64,000 nucleotides of DNA from a virus: positions 3,253 through 67,252 of the IMG/VR virus record IMGVR_UViG_3300050821_003948; one strand, 5' to 3'. A program made the position numbers and the translations under genes. Positions 54,453 through 63,916 of the stretch are shown here, piece by piece. The stretch's first letter is position 1. Each line of letters opens with the position of its first letter. The notes beneath the pieces were generated by a model. That model was not told where the DNA came from. It ran no database searches and saw only the letters and a list, made by a program, of their open reading frames with translations.

Positions 54453-56708
54453 TCACCTTCTCCCCGAAGGCGCATACCTAAACCTGATTCTCCCAAGCCG
54501 CCAAAAACTCCCCTGATCCAACGACTGAATCTGTATAGCCATCTGCCGCCCCCTCATTCTCTGGTCGATTCTCTCTGTACCTTGAACCACAGTAAAAGGC
54601 CCAAACACCCGAGGCGTATCCCCAGGATAATCGACAAGGAAGAACGTAAACAACAGACTAGCACTCCCCGTCCCCGGATATAAGCCCCATTTCATGTCGG
54701 GTATAACTTGGTCCACAACCGCGAAATCCTCGCCCTCCGCGATCATGAAGTATCCCGTGTTGAACGAGGCATTCAAAGCCGAACCATTGGCGTCGGGCGT
54801 GGTTTCCTGCAAATAGATGAAGCCCCCGGCATCCGCTCCGATCGGCATCCCAAGTGCCGTCTGGTCCATCCAAGCCGTTCGATTGATCGACCCATAGTCC
54901 CACGGCGCATTGGGCTCCGTGATATTCATCTTGACGTAGGAATCGCATTCTCCCGTAGTCGAAGCTTTCGACGGAAACAACCATCCCGCCTCATTGAACG
55001 GCGTGTTCGGCATGGAGCGGACATTCTGCACAAAACTCGTATTCAAATTCTGGAACACAAAATCCCACACCGGACAGGGAAGAACATTCACCCCGCTCCC
55101 CGTGAAGGCGTAGAAGTTGTTGTTGCCCATCCAATAGACGTTGCCGCGCAACTTCTGCACCGAATGCGAAGAGATAGCCCCAGCCCCTGCGCCAATCGTA
55201 TTGAAGCCGAACACAAAAGGAGGACCCTGATAGTTCATCGCCCAGCAATCGAGGTCGGTCCAGATCAAATCCTGCTGCGCAACCGCCATGCCAGCCATGA
55301 TCTTGGAGCCGATAGGAATTCTGAAACTGCCAGCTTGATTGGTCGCCAACACCTGAAACTGCGTATAATCCCCAACCGTGGACCACTTCACCAGCATCGG
55401 GTCTTGCTCAATCCCGATGTTCTGGCTTTCCGTCGATCCCCAACAAATCAAAATCTGCTGCGAGTTTGAGACAAAGATTCCGCCGTTGAGCGGCGGCGCT
55501 GTTGGTACGAGTCCCGCATTGGAAAAACCTCCTGTAGGATCGAACTGATAAACCCCACCTCCCATCGGACACGCCAAAAGAATCTCGCCCCAATTGTCCT
55601 GTGTCCAATCCGTCGCCGTGATCGGCGTTCCAACTTGAGACGTACCGCCCGACGTTCCAAATCCATAAAGCCCGGCACCATAATTACCAAGTCCATAGCC
55701 TTGTCCCGCGAGCGTCGGACCCAAGTTGATGTAATAGAGAATCTGCGCAAGCCCGCCATTCATCAAAAACGAGCCAGTCGCCGTCGCTTGTGTGCTGACA
55801 ATGATCTGAAAGTTATTCGCATCGACCACGTCAACGACCGTATGATTAGACGAAATCGTTACGCCATTCGCCGTCGTAGAGACTGGAAACACAACCGTCG
55901 ATCCGACCGACAGCCCATGCCCCACCAGAAGAACATTCACTACGGCCGAATTGAGCGTCGTCGTAAAATAAGGAATGCTGCAAAACACGATGCTGTCGCC
56001 CGAACCTACACCGGACGCCGTGGCGTTGTTGGTCATCAACACCGTAGAAGCCGTGGAAGATGTGGCAATCGTATTGGGCGGAATAGCCGTCGTAGACGTA
56101 ATATCGAAGACCGCCATGCCGCTGACCAGCCACGAGGGCGTTGCGGCAAAGTGTAGAGTGGGGTTTCCTGCGGCCGTCGTTGCATTGGTCGTGGTTGGAT
56201 TCGCAGCCGTCACATTCGCGTTATTTGGTGCCGTGATCGTGTAAGACGTTGCATTTACAATAGTCTGAATCGGAAAGATTCCCGACAGCACCAAACCGCC
56301 GATGGACAAAGGGGTTTGGATATAGATCGAATCGAACGTGGTCACATTTGAGATATTAGGATCGACAATCGTGACAGTCGGAGAATTTCCGACCGTTGAA
56401 AGATTGGGCACCGTGTCGGACACCAATTGCTGCGGCGTGACGACATTCAACGCGCCGTTGGTGATGATGGACAGTCCATTTGTTGCTCCAATCGACAGAT
56501 GGTCGTTGTTTTGCAGATCGACCCATCCGTGCAGGTCTCTCGGTATGGTCGTTGTCGCGAAGGGATAATAAAGTTGCCATCCGCCGTATTTCTGGATCAG
56601 GGAATCCTTATAGCGAATCAATTGCGACTGACTGACACCCGCCTCATTAAGAGTCGGAGTCCGCTCAGTATTGACACCGGGGATGAGTTTGACTTCGCCG
56701 AACGGCAT
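54453..56708 (-). CDS. Tail/DNA-stabilization protein (P22 gp10-like)
   Basis: PGVN.E.T, QKYGGW, DNWGE.L, DPMLVKWS, NQAGS.R, WRLG..RF...P.GRR. Confidence 0.78.
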   Translation of the reverse strand: MPFGEVKLIPGVNTERTPTLNEAGVSQSQLIRYKDSLIQKYGGWQLYYPFATTTIPRDLHGWVDLQNNDHLSIGATNGLSIITNGALNVVTPQQLVSDTVPNLSTVGNSPTVTIVDPNISNVTTFDSIYIQTPLSIGGLVLSGIFPIQTIVNATSYTITAPNNANVTAANPTTTNATTAAGNPTLHFAATPSWLVSGMAVFDITSTTAIPPNTIATSSTASTVLMTNNATASGVGSGDSIVFCSIPYFTTTLNSAVVNVLLVGHGLSVGSTVVFPVSTTANGVTISSNHTVVDVVDANNFQIIVSTQATATGSFLMNGGLAQILYYINLGPTLAGQGYGLGNYGAGLYGFGTSGGTSQVGTPITATDWTQDNWGEILLACPMGGGVYQFDPTGGFSNAGLVPTAPPLNGGIFVSNSQQILICWGSTESQNIGIEQDPMLVKWSTVGDYTQFQVLATNQAGSFRIPIGSKIMAGMAVAQQDLIWTDLDCWAMNYQGPPFVFGFNTIGAGAGAISSHSVQKLRGNVYWMGNNNFYAFTGSGVNVLPCPVWDFVFQNLNTSFVQNVRSMPNTPFNEAGWLFPSKASTTGECDSYVKMNITEPNAPWDYGSINRTAWMDQTALGMPIGADAGGFIYLQETTPDANGSALNASFNTGYFMIAEGEDFAVVDQVIPDMKWGLYPGTGSASLLFTFFLVDYPGDTPRVFGPFTVVQGTERIDQRMRGRQMAIQIQSLDQGSFWRLGRIRFRYAPSGRR

Positions 56709-56714
56709 GGGACA

Positions 56715-58268
56715 TCAGCACATGAGTTCGATTAATTCGACAGTGCTATTCACAGTCGTTGAAAATACCGTGCCGCTTCCAACGATGATCGTGCCACTCG
56801 AACATTTGGCAAATATATAGTAGGATTGTGCAGAGACAACTCCAGGCTGATCGTAAGCAACAACAGGAGCGCTGCTTACAATACCGCTGCTAGAGACACC
56901 ACCGCCGCCGCTTGTCGTAGGACTTCCGACCAACGTCGGCGACGTTCCTCTGGACCACTGCAAAATCGCATTCGTTGATCCCTGTTGGACGTAAACAATA
57001 CCGCGAGCGACGATAAGATTCGCTCGGCTCGATGGTGTGATGCTTGCTGTAACGGCAGTCTGCGTATTCGATTGGCCCACCGTCGTCGGCGTTGAAATCG
57101 TTGCGGTGATATTTTGCAAAGCGTCGCCAGGCTTCTTTACGCCCGGACCAAAGAGACGAACAAATGTCGGCGCGTTATTATAGGTTCCGGCCGTGACGAG
57201 TCCGGTTTCGTAGGTCAGATAACCCAGAATCCTGATCACGCTTGAGGCAACCGATGTTCCATTTGCGCAATAGAACACGCCAGCAGACGTTGCGCCCGCA
57301 CTCATCTGTGTTGGTGTGACCGCAGAACCCGCTTCATCGAGCGAAGTGATTCCCCCACTGAGCGTCGAACAATTGATCAGTCCCAGAGCCGGCGTTCCAC
57401 CATTGGAATACAGCACCACCCAAAACCGAAACGGCGTGCCATTTTGCGATCCGAGGGTGGCGCCTACGATTGTTGAAATCGACAATGCGCTGGTAATATT
57501 AGAGGTGGTCGGAGTCCCAATAGCGCCTGTCCCATTCTGGAAAATCACCGTGACCGGATTGCCCACCGTGGGACTCGCCACTGTATTGGCCGCGAGCAAA
57601 GACACCGTGAGAATATTCGATCCAACCGTCGCCGATAGCGCGAGATTTTGCGCGGTATTGAACCCAGGCTGTCCCGCAACATTGACCCACTGCGCCGTGC
57701 TCGCAGTTCCTGTCGTCGTGCACAGATAGAGTTGCCCGGCGTTGAAATCGGCCGCGAGCGAAGCATTGACGTTCGCCGCGCCAGCCGTTCCCGCAAGCTG
57801 CGTGTTCGGGCTTCCAGACACCGCAGGCACCGACGCTGGGAGGCCTGTGTTATCGTAGCCAACGTTAAGTGTATCCGAATAGAGCGCACACGCCTGCCCC
57901 TGTGGTACTGTCACAACGCCCGACGTGGCATTAGCTGCGGCCGTCTTCACGCTGAGCTTATGCGCGTTGCTGGTGTTGTTGATGACGATGAATTTTCCGC
58001 CGACTGCAACTGTCGTTGAATTGGTAGAAAACGGCAGGATCAAACTGTGATCCCCGGTCAATGCACCATTGACGATGAAGATTGCGTTCTGAAATTGCGT
58101 GGTGGTCAGGGTCACATCGACAGAGGTAATCGACGTGGAAAAGTTGGAGCCGAGGATGTTGTCGAGCGCCCCAATAACCCCGTTATTAAGGATTGTCCCC
58201 CACGTTCCACTGTCCCCGCCTTGCTGCGGCTGAATCAGCGCCAGATTATTCGTTAACGCGTCGGCCAT
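56715..58268 (-). CDS. Tail fibre/spike-like protein
   Basis: G..SGTWGT..N N-terminal anchor; Thr/Ser/Gly-rich. Confidence 0.68.
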   Translation of the reverse strand: MADALTNNLALIQPQQGGDSGTWGTILNNGVIGALDNILGSNFSTSITSVDVTLTTTQFQNAIFIVNGALTGDHSLILPFSTNSTTVAVGGKFIVINNTSNAHKLSVKTAAANATSGVVTVPQGQACALYSDTLNVGYDNTGLPASVPAVSGSPNTQLAGTAGAANVNASLAADFNAGQLYLCTTTGTASTAQWVNVAGQPGFNTAQNLALSATVGSNILTVSLLAANTVASPTVGNPVTVIFQNGTGAIGTPTTSNITSALSISTIVGATLGSQNGTPFRFWVVLYSNGGTPALGLINCSTLSGGITSLDEAGSAVTPTQMSAGATSAGVFYCANGTSVASSVIRILGYLTYETGLVTAGTYNNAPTFVRLFGPGVKKPGDALQNITATISTPTTVGQSNTQTAVTASITPSSRANLIVARGIVYVQQGSTNAILQWSRGTSPTLVGSPTTSGGGGVSSSGIVSSAPVVAYDQPGVVSAQSYYIFAKCSSGTIIVGSGTVFSTTVNSTVELIELMC

Positions 58269-58269
58269 C

Positions 58270-58989
58270 TTACGTCCTCGGCGGCGTTGCCAGCGGCGCA
58301 GGTGCCTTTGACGACCAACCCTGCGACGTGAATTTCTTCATAGCCTCTTCGGTCTCTGCGGATTTCAAGAGGGTTTGTAGATGACTTTCCCAGTTGGTTG
58401 CCATCGCGGGATTGTCTATCGCGCCAGAGGCACCAAAGTTTTGTTGCCATCCCGCCGCATAGACCATGCTGGCAGCAATCAAGCAGTCCGGAAAATAAGT
58501 CGATAGGAGCGTTGTCGGGTTTGTGGACGAAATCGGTATCGGGCGGATAGTGCCCACCACTTCCGCTTGGTATGCTTGATCCGGCCACGGTCCTACGATG
58601 TAGGAATTCTGCGTGGTTGGTGCAAAGTACGCCGGCACGCCGGAACCTGCCGAACTCGGAAATAGCGCATCGATGAAAGACCGCGACGCAGGCGTGAGAT
58701 AGTTGTGAGTCCCTTGATCGGGATTCACCGTGCCAGCAGGCGTAATCGCATAGATCGAATCGACCACATAGAACGTGCCTTGTGCGGATGGCAGATTGAA
58801 GGTGCGGGTGTTCGTCGTGAACGCAATCGAGGAATCCCGGACCACGGTATTGAGAAGCTGCAACTCGCGATAAAGTCTCTGCTCCGCGTCGTCGATGATG
58901 TTGAGCAATGCGCCCTGGAAATCTGCATTGGTGGAGGACACCACGAGATTGTTGGCGAGACTCTGAACGTATGTGGTGTAGTTGAGCAT
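58270..58989 (-). CDS. Head-tail adaptor protein
   Basis: II..AEQRLYREL, GVPAYFA, VGPWPD..Y. Confidence 0.72.
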   Translation of the reverse strand: MLNYTTYVQSLANNLVVSSTNADFQGALLNIIDDAEQRLYRELQLLNTVVRDSSIAFTTNTRTFNLPSAQGTFYVVDSIYAITPAGTVNPDQGTHNYLTPASRSFIDALFPSSAGSGVPAYFAPTTQNSYIVGPWPDQAYQAEVVGTIRPIPISSTNPTTLLSTYFPDCLIAASMVYAAGWQQNFGASGAIDNPAMATNWESHLQTLLKSAETEEAMKKFTSQGWSSKAPAPLATPPRT

Positions 58990-58997
58990 GGTTTAGG

Positions 58998-59045
58998 TTT
59001 GACTCATTCTCGCGTCTTCGCTTGCGTATCTCAGTGCGGTCACCC
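58998..59045 (+). repeat. Bipartite site, subfamily D
   Basis: TTTGACTCATTCTC-N18-CTCAGTGCGGTCACCC; contains the stop of 59040-60662. Confidence 0.85.
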
Positions 59046-60662
59046 GGTCGCTGTTAGCCCGACCCATGTGCTGCCGCCGTTGGTATTGATATAGAGCCGC
59101 GTTGTTGAACTCACCGCGTCGTTGCGGAGATAGAGGGCGCTTGTGGCGGCCGTGAGAGTCGGAACGCCTGTGCCCGCGAACATTCCTAGGTCTGTGACTG
59201 AGAAGAACGTGTAGCCTGCGCCGGTCGTACCACCTGACACTAGCGGCGTTGCTGCGAGCACTGTCGCGGAACCATTGTAGTTTGCAGCGCCCGCGTCCGA
59301 AAGACCGCCATTTGATACACTGCCAGCAGTCATGCCAGAAGGCCACGTTACTGTCGTATCTCCCGTAATAATTCCACCATTGGCAGCAAAAAACCGCGGG
59401 CCACTGATCGATGCGGTATTGCCCGTAAAAGATAGGCCGTTAATACTGATGGTGCCTCCCCTTGTCGCCTGCGCGAAAAACGAAGAGATAACCGTCGTGC
59501 CGGCGACATTAAGCGCGCTTCCCGCACTTATACTTGCCTCATCCGATACTTGAAAAAATACACCAGTGCTTCCGTTTATGGAATTTCCAGATTGCAAGTT
59601 CATTCGTGAGTTTTGAGAAGCACCAATATTAACTCCACCATTTCCGTTATTTCCGAAATTACAATTTGCCACATCAACAATAGCAAACTGACCGCCCGAT
59701 ATGAATGTGCCCCCTGATGTTCCGCTACAACTGAATCCAATTCCCTGAAACACTACTCCATTATAATCAAAAATATTGGCTGCTATTTGCCCATTACCTA
59801 TTTGCCATTGGCAGTTTGTTGCGGTGGAGGTATTGCCTATCACCGACACAATAGTTACCCCAGGAGGCATGGCGCCAGAGACAGACAATTGTTCCGTGAT
59901 TGCTGTTGTCGTCGTCGTTGGCAACTGAATAACTACGCCGGCACCCACCTGAAATACTTGCTTTTGTATAACGCTGTAAGCGTTTTGAATCGTCGCAAAC
60001 GCCCCAGCGCCACCACCGTTGCTTAGCCCATCGTTTGCCGAACTGTCGCTACCATTGACATTATCGACATTGAATTGTGTCCCAGCCGGAACGACCCACG
60101 GCTGCACAGCAGGCCATAGTTTCCAAACATTACTGTCATTAAAAATTTGGACTGTCTGGAGCGGCCACAAGATGAAGGTAGCAACGCCGTTCGGCGCTAT
60201 TGCCCAACCGCGCGACACACCTTCATTATAGACGGTCACAATGAAGTTACTGGTATAATTGCTGGTCGTCGCAAGCGACAGCGTAAATGGGGCTGCGGTG
60301 CCCGGACTTCCTCTTAGATCAAGCAGCAGATTCATATCTGTCGTCGCGACGGTATAAGACGTTAAAATTCCGCTTCTTTTGAGTCCAGGAAGATCAAGCG
60401 GCACCAGCGCGCGAAATGTCGGCGTCGCTGTTGCATTACCGAACGCCGGCCCCGCCAAAACTGTATTTGGACTCTGCGGAGAACTCGTAACCAGTGCTGC
60501 AAACTGCGTCGCAGCCTGTTGCGCCGTCACATTGTAATTGATCCCCGCTGTCGCGTTTCCAGGAGCAACAAGCGGAAACAACTCACCACCCGTGAAGGCA
60601 GCGGTATAGTTTTGCAGGCTAGTGATCCTGCCGTCGCTCGGATATGTGTTCGGGTTAGCCAT
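59040..60662 (-). CDS. Tail fibre/spike protein with beta-helix-like region
   Basis: TVLAGP..G..ATPTFRALV..DLP; V...GSDS..DGL....FATIQ.A. Confidence 0.72.
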   Translation of the reverse strand: MANPNTYPSDGRITSLQNYTAAFTGGELFPLVAPGNATAGINYNVTAQQAATQFAALVTSSPQSPNTVLAGPAFGNATATPTFRALVPLDLPGLKRSGILTSYTVATTDMNLLLDLRGSPGTAAPFTLSLATTSNYTSNFIVTVYNEGVSRGWAIAPNGVATFILWPLQTVQIFNDSNVWKLWPAVQPWVVPAGTQFNVDNVNGSDSSANDGLSNGGGAGAFATIQNAYSVIQKQVFQVGAGVVIQLPTTTTTAITEQLSVSGAMPPGVTIVSVIGNTSTATNCQWQIGNGQIAANIFDYNGVVFQGIGFSCSGTSGGTFISGGQFAIVDVANCNFGNNGNGGVNIGASQNSRMNLQSGNSINGSTGVFFQVSDEASISAGSALNVAGTTVISSFFAQATRGGTISINGLSFTGNTASISGPRFFAANGGIITGDTTVTWPSGMTAGSVSNGGLSDAGAANYNGSATVLAATPLVSGGTTGAGYTFFSVTDLGMFAGTGVPTLTAATSALYLRNDAVSSTTRLYINTNGGSTWVGLTATG

Positions 60663-61099
60663 TACGACGTTGCCGCATTGCCCATCTGGATCGTGGAAAG
60701 TTCAAGCGAGAAAGATTTCGTCGGCTGTGCCGTGTTCGCCACCGGCTGCGCCGCCGCCATCGTCGAGGCTTCCAGATAAAGCGGCAGCGCGTTATTGCCC
60801 CCAGAATTTGTCGCCAATTCACACATGATTTCCCATAGCTCGTCGATCGGATACACTTCCGGCCGCGCGTTCGGAATAGACACCGGATCAGGCGGCAGAA
60901 TGATCGTGCCAAGCTGGCGCTGATACTGATCAAGCTCGTCTCTTGAGACGAGAATTCTCTTATTTATCAATTGGGTTCCGGCCCAGTCAAATTGCCAGAC
61001 CAAATCCCTTTGATTGGAAATCATGCCGTTGCGGTCACTCGTTCCCCAAGCGGACGGATCAGTTGCGTTCGTTCGGGCACGTCGCGGGTGAGGGCGCAT
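60662..61099 (-). CDS. Virion-module protein
   Basis: D..Q.QLG.I..P.DP....NARP motif. Confidence 0.6.
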   Translation of the reverse strand: MRPHPRRARTNATDPSAWGTSDRNGMISNQRDLVWQFDWAGTQLINKRILVSRDELDQYQRQLGTIILPPDPVSIPNARPEVYPIDELWEIMCELATNSGGNNALPLYLEASTMAAAQPVANTAQPTKSFSLELSTIQMGNAATS

Positions 61100-61102
61100 G
61101 GT

Positions 61103-61819
61103 TTAATTCCGGTAATAACTGCTGAGTGCTGGAGCGAGAGTCATCGGCACAGGTTCGGTATCCTGCGTCGCGGCTATCTTCCAAGAATCCTCGGCATCGT
61201 CCTTGCACAATTTTCGGAAAGCTAAGGCATCGTATCCGGGAGGCGTCGGATAGATTCGGGAGAACCGCGAGACCAAACCACTGACCAGCGCATCGAGCCA
61301 GCGGTAAGGCACATTCGGCGTTTCCCCACCGGGAAGATTCGCATCCTGAATCTGCGTACAGGAAAAGTAATCGAATGTGTACGGACCATTTGAATCCGGC
61401 ACCGGATAGAACGTGAGCGTCGGAGCAATCAAACGATCCATCCACCAGACAGTCGGGGCACCAGGAGTCTGCTGATTCGCGTAACTCAGATATTCCGTGC
61501 GCGAGATCGGGGTGATGTAACGCCGCGATTCGTTCGAGGTGCCGAAGTTCAAGACAATTGAAGCGTCAAGCACAAGCACCGTCTGCGGCGGCAACGCAAT
61601 CGTCGCCACGCCAGGCGTAAGGGCTACTTGATTGCGAACAACGAGCCAGAGATTGGGTTGGCGATTCGACCATTCGACGAAAAGAAGATTCAACTCGCGC
61701 CGCGCCGTGAGCATGTGCTCCTGACGCAATTCCGGCGCACGGATATAGACGCGCTCAAATGCAGCGAGCACGCATTCGCCATTCGACGGTCCGAAGTTAT
61801 AAGTGCCGCTCGAAGTGAT
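61103..61819 (-). CDS. Head-tail adaptor/connector protein; probable non-canonical ATC start at 61819
   Basis: ARRELNLLF.EWSNR..NLW, ISR.EY; upstream in-frame (I)TSSGTYNF after AGGAG. Confidence 0.72.
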   Translation of the reverse strand: MTSSGTYNFGPSNGECVLAAFERVYIRAPELRQEHMLTARRELNLLFVEWSNRQPNLWLVVRNQVALTPGVATIALPPQTVLVLDASIVLNFGTSNESRRYITPISRTEYLSYANQQTPGAPTVWWMDRLIAPTLTFYPVPDSNGPYTFDYFSCTQIQDANLPGGETPNVPYRWLDALVSGLVSRFSRIYPTPPGYDALAFRKLCKDDAEDSWKIAATQDTEPVPMTLAPALSSYYRN

Positions 61820-61961
61820 CTTACTCTCCTACGCCGCTGTGACCGCACGGACTCTCAACGACAAAACGCGACGATGATCCCCACAATAACAACCCAACCC
61901 GCAAGAGACACCGCGAACTTCGTCCAATGCAGCGACGGCGTCCCGCCCAACGGAAAGACTC

Positions 61962-62618
61962 TCATCTTCGCCTCCGCGCCTGCATCACACCATAAACCGA
62001 AGCCGTCGAAGTTGCAAAAGCAAACGACCCATTGAGGAACGCTGTCCCCGCTGCCGCGAGGCTCACCCTTGCAGGTCCGACATTCACCGCCGTATCCACT
62101 ATTCCGGTCAACCCTGCGCCTAATCCTATTTGTGTCTGCGCTCCCGACGTAAGCCCAGGCAATGCCGTGTTCGACGCCACACTGATTCCGACCGTCAGCG
62201 ACGTAAAGACCGTAATCGCCGCCCCAGCATGAACGATTCCTTGACCCCACACGTCCCAATCGCCAGCAGAAAGAGGCAGCGAAACAATTCCCGTGGCCGC
62301 ACCAGTCGAGATTGCAAACGCAGAACCGGACACCAGTGAGGTACTGAGGTATTCACCGATGTTTCCGGCGGACGCTGAATCATTCGTCGCTGATCCTGGA
62401 ATCTGTCCCGCGACCGCAGTCCCCGCGGGACCGATAGCAACGCCACCGCTCTTTGACACGGTAGGATTCGGGAACATTCCCGAAAGATCGCCGCCTGCGG
62501 TAGCACCACCTACGATTGGAAGGCCGCTATTGGTCCCTGTAGGATCAGCTGCCTGCGCAGACTCGATAAACCACGGCAGGAACGGAAGCCCAAACAGAAA
62601 CCCACGTCTTTGATTCAT
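61962..62618 (-). CDS. Virion fibre-like protein
   Basis: AGGDLSG.FPNPTV, G..TND.A.AG.IGE, LSAGDWDV, ARRRR C-terminus. Confidence 0.6.
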   Translation of the reverse strand: MNQRRGFLFGLPFLPWFIESAQAADPTGTNSGLPIVGGATAGGDLSGMFPNPTVSKSGGVAIGPAGTAVAGQIPGSATNDSASAGNIGEYLSTSLVSGSAFAISTGAATGIVSLPLSAGDWDVWGQGIVHAGAAITVFTSLTVGISVASNTALPGLTSGAQTQIGLGAGLTGIVDTAVNVGPARVSLAAAGTAFLNGSFAFATSTASVYGVMQARRRR

Positions 62619-62625
62619 CTGATTC

Positions 62626-62886
62626 TCACAAGAGCTTAAACAAGAACGATTTCTGCGTGGGAGAACCACTGTTGAACGTGAAGAGCAGTTGGTTCACCGC
62701 ACTTTCGGCGTTCGTTACATCCTGCGCCACAATGTCGGTTCGCGCGCCTCCCGACGTAAAATAACTTGGAATCAGCGTGGCATCCTGCACGATTCTATCG
62801 TTCAACTCTTGCAGGGTTTCCAAGTCATTCACCAGATTCTGCACAGTCTGAAAGTACAGATTTCCGAAGGATGCTGCGTTTGTCAT
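62626..62886 (-). CDS. Hypothetical virion-module protein
   Basis: 86 aa with AAGGA SD. Confidence 0.55.
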   Translation of the reverse strand: MTNAASFGNLYFQTVQNLVNDLETLQELNDRIVQDATLIPSYFTSGGARTDIVAQDVTNAESAVNQLLFTFNSGSPTQKSFLFKLL

Positions 62887-62896
62887 AGGGTTTCCT

Positions 62897-63916
62897 TTAT
62901 GGTGCTCCCGTTGAGTCTCGCCAAGATATTACCCAGATTTCACCGCGACCACCTGCTCCACCAGCACCGGAAGTCTGCGTGCTAATCGCTGCGCCACCAC
63001 CACCGCCACCACCACCGGGAATGCCGCCAGAGCCCCCAGCGCCGCCTATGGCGGTTATGCTGGACGCTCCACCACCACCACCTGATCCTGCCCAGCCGGC
63101 ACAGCCAGAGTTTACGCCGTTGCTTCCTGCAATCGTGCCTCCTGCGGTGCCGCCGTTACCGCCTGTGAATTGAGAGGATATGCCGCCGGCACCGCCGTTT
63201 TCTGCGGTGACAGTAGAAATAGAGCCGCCGCCACCGCCGCCCGCACCGCCCCTAATGGCGTTGCCACCCGCAGGGCCAGCAATTGTGTTCGCGTTACCTG
63301 CGCCACCACCGCCACCGCAGATATTAGTGTTTGCCGTTCCCGCACCGTTTCCGGTATTTCCCGCAACGCCGCCGTTTGCGCCCGCCGTTCCCGCAGTATT
63401 TGTTGAAGTCGAACCTCCCGCACCGGCCAAACCCGCACCGCCGCCACCCGCCGAAGCTCCATCCGTTGCTAGACCGCCGGCTCCACTTCCACCAGCGTAA
63501 GCTGTCTGGGTCTGCGAACCACCGCCGCTGTTCGATGAGGCCGACCCGGTGGCACCGTAATTAGTTATTGTAAATGTTGAATTTGTTGACGGCGTAATCG
63601 CACCGCCTGCCGTACCAGCAGTGTTCGCACCTGACACACCAGCGCCACCATTGGCGCCGACCCCGACTGTGTAAGTCTCAGTTGAACCAAACCACCAAGA
63701 TGGAAAGGTTTGGTCGATTAAAGCGGCGCCGCCGCCGCCAGAACCCGAAGATGCCGACGATGCTGCTGTCCGTGATGCTCCAGCCCCACCACCTCCACCA
63801 CCCCCAGCCATAATCAGCCGAATATGCGTGGCCCACGGCTGTTTGATCCAGGTCGCTGCCGTGCCTGTGGTGAACTTCTCGACTAGGACGTTCGGATATA
63901 CGGCTGTGAGGCTCAT
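62897..63916 (-). CDS. Glycine-rich tail-associated protein
   Basis: GGGGGGG repeats, G.GG.GG.G.I.V.SW. Confidence 0.7.
   Translation of the reverse strand: MSLTAVYPNVLVEKFTTGTAATWIKQPWATHIRLIMAGGGGGGGAGASRTAASSASSGSGGGGAALIDQTFPSWWFGSTETYTVGVGANGGAGVSGANTAGTAGGAITPSTNSTFTITNYGATGSASSNSGGGSQTQTAYAGGSGAGGLATDGASAGGGGAGLAGAGGSTSTNTAGTAGANGGVAGNTGNGAGTANTNICGGGGGAGNANTIAGPAGGNAIRGGAGGGGGGSISTVTAENGGAGGISSQFTGGNGGTAGGTIAGSNGVNSGCAGWAGSGGGGGASSITAIGGAGGSGGIPGGGGGGGGAAISTQTSGAGGAGGRGEIWVISWRDSTGAP

Noticed and set aside
7540-59045. CRISPR array or REP/BIME interpretation of the dispersed repeats
   Set aside because: Copies are isolated, kilobases apart, in both orientations and not palindromic; no cas genes are present.
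51642-59230. Diversity-generating retroelement template/variable repeat pair
   Set aside because: No reverse transcriptase is present, and the two domain copies are not near-identical at DNA level.
61838-61880. Possible minus-orientation site (gTGACCGCAcgg...TGATCC, spacing 35) that would close the bracket opened at 58998
   Set aside because: The outer box is too degenerate to call by eye; it needs a PWM score.
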